Shown piece by piece: positions 39,333 to 45,053 of a stretch of DNA of 45,053 bases; the stretch's first letter is position 1, and every line of letters begins with the position of its first letter. The notes under the pieces were generated by a model. That model worked only from the letters and a program-made list of their open reading frames with translations. It was not told where the DNA came from and searched no databases. The translations under genes were made by a program, and so were the position numbers. The DNA comes from Tubiluchus corallicola (Eukaryota; Animalia; Priapulida). Location: NCBI GenBank assembly GCA_030141605.1, contig JAQGDQ010001353.1, forward strand, positions 1-45,053, written 5' to 3'.

Positions 39333-40476
39333 AGCAGTTCGTGTAAACATATTAAGTTACAAAGATTATTTCATCCAGTCATATAAATCTTCAATTAAGC
39401 AGACAAGTGTAATGCTAAGTAATATAACTGTGTATGCAAGGCTTTTTAGGGACATTTAATAGTGTTTTCTTCCAGTTTAATATAAATTAGTTAACCCGAA
39501 ATAAAGCTTTATGTACATTATCACGTTTATTACTTTCAAAATTCCTATTTTGCGTGTGCATACCACGTGATTTGTGTCTTTGATAATACCTGTCAAACTG
39601 TGCGTGTTGAACTGCACCAGCGATGTTGATTCTGAATTGATTCACGTTTACAACGGTAGTTCATAGATAGCAGCACCAACCCATTCAGAATCCAAAAATC
39701 TAATAAGTTTAAACGCCGACATCCCAGAGATAGAATTTGTTTATTGGCACATTGCAGCCAGTTCACACACAGGATATTAATAATGACAACAACAACAACA
39801 ACAACAACAACAAAAACAATAGTTCTCGTTAATATGAGATTTACACGATTCTCTGAGTCATGTACGTTGTACGATAGTAATAACAGCTTATAACGGCACG
39901 ATATAAAGGGGTAGAAAAAACTGTAGAAATGGAAAATTAGCAAGAAACGGCACGTTTAGTTTTAATACAAATGAAAACTTTCTAATTCGATTCTAATAAA
40001 CTTACCTGGCAAACTGTGCGTGTTGAACTGCACCAGCGATGTTGATTCTGAATTGATTCACGTTTACAACGATTGTTCATCTATTAAACATTGCTTCTCT
40101 AGCCCCCTGCAGTACAATTATTCTTTTGTGATAACGATAGTGTATGAAACATAACAATTTAATACAGTATGACGTAGTAATTTTGATGTCACTGTGTGCT
40201 TAATGTCATTGTATTGTACTGAATGTGATAATAATAAACTAAAAAACTAAACTAACTAAGTTATTTACGGTTTTGCACTACTTATATAAAAACCAGAGCA
40301 GTCTCATTTAGGGTCTCTTGTCTGTATCTATAATCGCCTCTCTGAATTTTCTACCCACTTACGCATGGATGATTCCGAAGTAATTTCGGTTTGTATAGTC
40401 TGGTACAGCAATGGTGTCTTTGACTATGGTACAGTCTCTTGCTATAGTTTGGATTATAATCAATATGATATGATTC

Positions 40477-40491
40477 GAAATTGTGATCAGT

Positions 40492-40571
<80 letters not shown>

Positions 40572-40619
40572 TAATAATAATAATAATCTTTATTTAAAGT
40601 CGGCTTTTGGGTCAAATAA

Positions 40620-40691
<72 letters not shown>

Positions 40692-40706
40692 ACTGATCAC
40701 AATTTC
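40477..40706. repeat. Palindromic AT-rich repeat
   Basis: GAAATTGTGATCAGTTAT(AAT)n ... (ATT)nATAACTGATCACAATTTC around a short loop. Confidence 0.92.
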
Positions 40707-42022
40707 TGTACCTACTTACTGGGTTTGTTGAGCTAGAAACAAGGCACCTCCAAAACAGGAAACAGTTTGCGGTTTTCGTTAAAGTAATTTGTCTGCGCTA
40801 TGCCTGTCGAGCACACTGTACGAGTACAGAGGCACGCACGCACCCACGCATATATCACGCACGTCTACACTTTCCATAATTAAATAGGTCTATGTGCATT
40901 CGAATGTTTCAAAATTACAGCTTAAGTGTTATGCGACTTCTATAGTTTTACCATTGTTCTTTACACGGTGTATTTCTCTCACAGCACATTTTGGCAGTGA
41001 TGAGCTGAAGCCTATAGAAAAGCAGACGAGTAACGTTATTGCATTTGACACAGTAACACTGCCGTATAAAAATAAAGGGCAATAGCTGCAATATATCTTA
41101 CTTTGGAGAAAAATGCAACTAAAACTTGCAATGCCCCGAATAATTATGCCACTGCTAAAGATGGAATGACATAAGGGTATAGTTGACTGCTATTGTACCA
41201 AAACACAAGTCAAGTCGTTTATTTGTAAGTAGAATTAAAACAATCCAACCTACTGCTTGGCAAATAGGCCCACTTTTCCTACTTTTTCGGCAATGTAAGC
41301 TGGAAGTTACGCCATAAATGTATACAAAGATACCTCAATTTAGTAGTCTGCAGCAAAAATGAAATGTGTTAAAGAAGTAATGAAACTGCTTCTTTTATTT
41401 CTGTACAGTGAGGCGTCATAAGTGCAAATCCTGATAGCTTCCTGGACAGTTAGTGCCTTTAATTCTGCAAAGGGGCTCGCTTTTGCATACATTGTCATGA
41501 GAAGTTATTTATGGCACAAAAACTACTGCTTAGAATCAAATTTCGTTATAATGGCAAGAAAAAGCGCCATCTATTTGGCAAAAATGTATCAAAATCAGAA
41601 TTTTGTTAAAATTGTAGTTACTGCTCTTTATCTTTGCACAGCAGAATACTGCTGATGGATATTTTAATGCGGTTTAATTTAGAAATTTCTTTAGCCGTAG
41701 ATTAAACTTGTTACTAGTTAAACAACTGCGAGTGAATGTTAACTCTATACAAAATTTATGGTAAACAATCAAATTTAATGGAAATGAACCACACTATTAA
41801 TAATACTGATACTGAATAATACGACAAGATCCAAAAGAATCTTCATAAAGATGCGCGCATGTTTCTGTTATGTAGGATTAAAAACTGCAAAACTACGTGA
41901 ACATATGTGCATCATATTTCATTCGATGCCTACACACTTTCTGCCTGTAAATTCTACGCCTGCAATGAAAAATGTCAAAGTTGCGTATTCCTCTAGGATC
42001 TCCACAAAATTTTCAGGTCGTA

Positions 42023-43343
42023 TCATGGGTATCCCGCCCAAGTTTTGATTTCGTTGTACAAGAGATTGCCGGGGCAGTCCGTGGTCCCGACGTCTCGATG
42101 TCCCTGCAGTGTGTAAGATGAAGTCAGCTTCCCCTAATGAATTAAATACATTTAACGAACTAATTCGACAGGACATTCGAATGATTATAAGTGTAAATAA
42201 TTGCTACGAGAATGAGTAGCAGTTACAGATGTACATAGTGATTTTTACATTTGCAGGCCACGGTTAAAAACTAACGAAAATTTGCAAAATGAATTTCACT
42301 GGGCAAAAGGTTCTTAGGCCCCTTTCACACTGAGGACGCACAGCAAAATGCCTCGAGGAGAAATTCCTTGCGCCGTTCGTCTTGAAAATGGAACATATTG
42401 TTTTCTCTGGCGCATTTCACAGTGAGGACAGACGAGGACAGACGGCAAAATTCCTCGTTCAGTTCGTCGTAAGGAATTCTGCCACCAGCTAGAAGCTATG
42501 CGTCCTCCTCGCGAGGTGTTTTGCCACATGGTAGCAATACAGCATGTTCCATTTTCGTGAGAAATTCTCGCTGAATTCAGTCTTAAATTTAACTACTCAA
42601 TCACTTGTTTCTTATTACACGAACAACAAGCAACACATTTCAGCACAAAATTATAAGATCTAATCTCTTTTTTGACAATTTTATTATTTATTAATGAAAC
42701 GCTGATGATTATATTCGTGAAAAAGATAAATAACGCACGCAAATATTTATTTTATATACGATATTTTCAGATTTTGAAGTGGTTATTATTATTATTATTA
42801 TTATAAGTCTTTTATTAAACAATGAATACATTGTTTCCCCTCTATTTGCAGGGGTTCGTTTACAAAACATAAATTTACAATAACAAGATTATACATAATG
42901 CCAATTTAGAATAAATTTAAAATACATACATAGTTTACCCTATAATATATACAATATAACGATTAACTCAATGCAAGAAATGGAAAGCCTTGATTCAGCG
43001 AAATGTTGTAGTGAACGGCAGGTTTGTTGTGATTAACTAACTGGCTGACGAAACAAAAAGAAATTCGCAAAAATTACTCATATTTGAGATTTGGACTCTG
43101 ACAAAAAGAATTACGACTTCCACGTTGGTGAACTTACCTCCTGAACGGCACATTGTATCCAGTTTTTAGCTGCATCAATCATGATCTGAGGCGGGTTAAG
43201 TGATTGATAATTTCCCATGAACGATATGGCTAAAGAGACAGAGTTGTACCCTGACGTGTGAGCGCCTTCTTTATCCCAACCACGCCCTTCATAAATTCTA
43301 CCGTCCCCTCCCACCAACCAGCTATAGCCAATGTCACACCAGC
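42023..43343 (-). CDS. PGRP: Peptidoglycan recognition protein (N-acetylmuramoyl-L-alanine amidase type), last two exons
   Basis: Exon 43343-43138 [46 protein letters not shown]...CAVQE joins in phase 0 to exon 42133-42023 [36 protein letters not shown]. The upstream exon(s) were not found in the window. Confidence 0.95.
42317..42580 (+). mobile_element. Harbinger-like MITE fragment in the last PGRP intron
   Basis: TTA|GGCCCCTTTCACACTGAGGAC terminus with internal repeats of the TTTCACA.TGAGGAC motif. The second TIR was not found. Confidence 0.5.
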
Positions 43344-43381
43344 CTAAAAATGAATGTTCAAACTTAGTATAATTATTATTA

Positions 43382-43723
43382 CTAACAAAGGCCATGCAAA
43401 AAATTTTGCGTATAAATACACTAATAACCAATAATGCGCGAACGTCCTGCGTAGTGTTTGTTTACTTACCTAACGCAAAGCCAGTAGCAGCAGCTTTTAC
43501 TGAATTAAAGCTCTAAGGTTATAGGCAGAGTATAATGGATGACGTCAGAACAATGGCATTGCGTCAGCAGTTTTCCAAGCGAAATTGCCAAAAATGGAAC
43601 ATCTAATTAACTCGTCGTCACTCCTCTCAGTGGACGTGTCCTAAAATATAGCCCAAATCATCGTGTAGCCCTGCCCTTCCTCTTTCTAAAGAGCTACATA
43701 TCTCCTTCCGAGGGTCCCACCAG
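43382..43723 (-). mobile_element. 5'-truncated Helitron copy in a PGRP intron
   Basis: Aligns by eye with 20069-20375 and with the reverse complement of 36115-36461. The 3' end has decayed to TTAG. Confidence 0.8.
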
Positions 43724-44559
43724 AAACTTAATTTTTATATTGTGGCTGCAACATTGTCACTTGTGGTTGATACAGTTTCTTTCCACCATTTAGTTTATTC
43801 CAAGTCCATTAGTACATAAAAAGACATTCATAAAAAACTAAAAATGCAGTACAATTACTAGAATACTACATAATTAGCACTCATTAAGATATAGAGGATG
43901 CAGAGAGCAAAGTTACTTACATCTGTCTATCGAATTTAAGAAACCTTGTTAAATCAACGTTCAGGTCTTTTACGAAATAACTTATATCATTTCAAGCAGT
44001 AATCAATGGCGCATCTTTATAGAAGCAGGCAATGAATTCCATATTGGAACAACATTTGAGAAAAATTAATGAAAATTTGTCTTACTTGTACGCCTTGCAA
44101 TTTTAAGAGTCATAGTTTTATTATTTAAAGTTTTGGTAAAAAATCATTTCCTTGTTTAAATAAACATCCTATTGCATAATTTTGTAACACATGCACAAAT
44201 CAGAAACTATACTTCTTTCTTCTAATGTTTTAAGACACAGAATTAAATGTGAATCAATAATTAATTCCACATTTATTACAAAGGCGTCATGTAAAGTAAT
44301 GCTGAACATCTTCTGCAGCGTCTAAATCACCAAGCAGATAAGGGTTCCATGCAGGAGAACAATTTTTAACGAATCAACTGACATATACTTTATAAGTTTC
44401 GGCAGAGTTTACTTGTTGCTAACAGAAAAAATCTGCAAAATTTAAAAATGGTAATCCCGTTTGCTCTTGTACAAATTTCAGCACAATCGTCACTAAACTT
44501 TAGGTTTTCTGATACAATTATTCTAAGATCTCCTTTCAAAAACAATAAGCTCCCACTTC

Positions 44560-45053
44560 TTGAAAACCCCGGTATGAATAACAGAACACTAAATTTAAGA
44601 AACATTAGAACGAACAATCAATGTGGAAAGAATTCCATTACAAAGCAAGCAATACAACTTTGGAAAACATTACCGACATCACTTAATTCATTACCGACAT
44701 CACTAAAACACAGCAGCTCTTTATCAATATTCAAGTCTAAATTAAAAAAAAATTTAATGACTCGTTTTGAATATCCGACATACGAACACGATGATACTTA
44801 CTCAAATCATAATTTCATTTTTCCTAGACCTTACTAAACTAGTTTATATTTTATTTTTGAATTTCTAGTTGCACTTATAGTTTAGCTTGCACCAGACGCA
44901 TTTGCCCAAAACAGTGTATGTTTTTTATATGAACTAACACTGATTGTCTGTCTTTTATTATGATGGTCAATGTTTTCAAAATGGCAAATAAAGATTTTAC
45001 TACTGCTGCTGCTGCTACTGCTACTACTACTGCTACTGCTACTGCTACTGCTA
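44560..45053 (+). mobile_element. 3' end of a CR1/L2-clade LINE
   Basis: ORF2 C-terminal signature RTNNQCGKNSITKQAIQLWKTLP..LK.SSSLSIFKSKLKK, then a 3' UTR, AATAAA at 44987-44992 and a (TAC/TGC)n tail. Confidence 0.8.

Noticed and set aside
42023-42133. PGRP fused to the pentraxin-lectin gene
   Set aside because: The PGRP exon ends in TGA right after the usual C-terminal W..YP motif.

Overview
AT-rich, intron-rich invertebrate (metazoan) genomic DNA with three main parts. (1) Bases 1-1863 are a GC-richer block that looks like the right end of a Maverick/Polinton-type virus-like element. It carries two overlapping intronless genes: a partial accessory ORF and a strongly diverged TATA-binding-protein (TBP)-like gene that has no in-frame ATG before the fold and a probable GTG start at 301. 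A repeat-rich terminal region follows, ending in ...CTATCCTACT. (2) Bases ~3131-32126 (minus strand) hold a mosaic gene of at least 23 exons (>1000 aa), assembled by hand with consistent splice phases (one donor uncertain): pentraxin - 3x C-type lectin - 3x ShKT - C-type lectin - ILEI/PANDER (GG-type) domain. The last domain is incomplete where it approaches the element end. (3) Bases 42023-43343 (minus strand) are the two 3' exons of an amidase-type peptidoglycan recognition protein. Introns and spacers contain six minisatellites, three copies of one Helitron family, MITEs, a piggyBac-like relic, SINE/LINE fragments, decayed hammerhead-like Penelope remnants and an orphan collagen-like exon. 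All family calls come from recognising motifs by eye; no searches were run.
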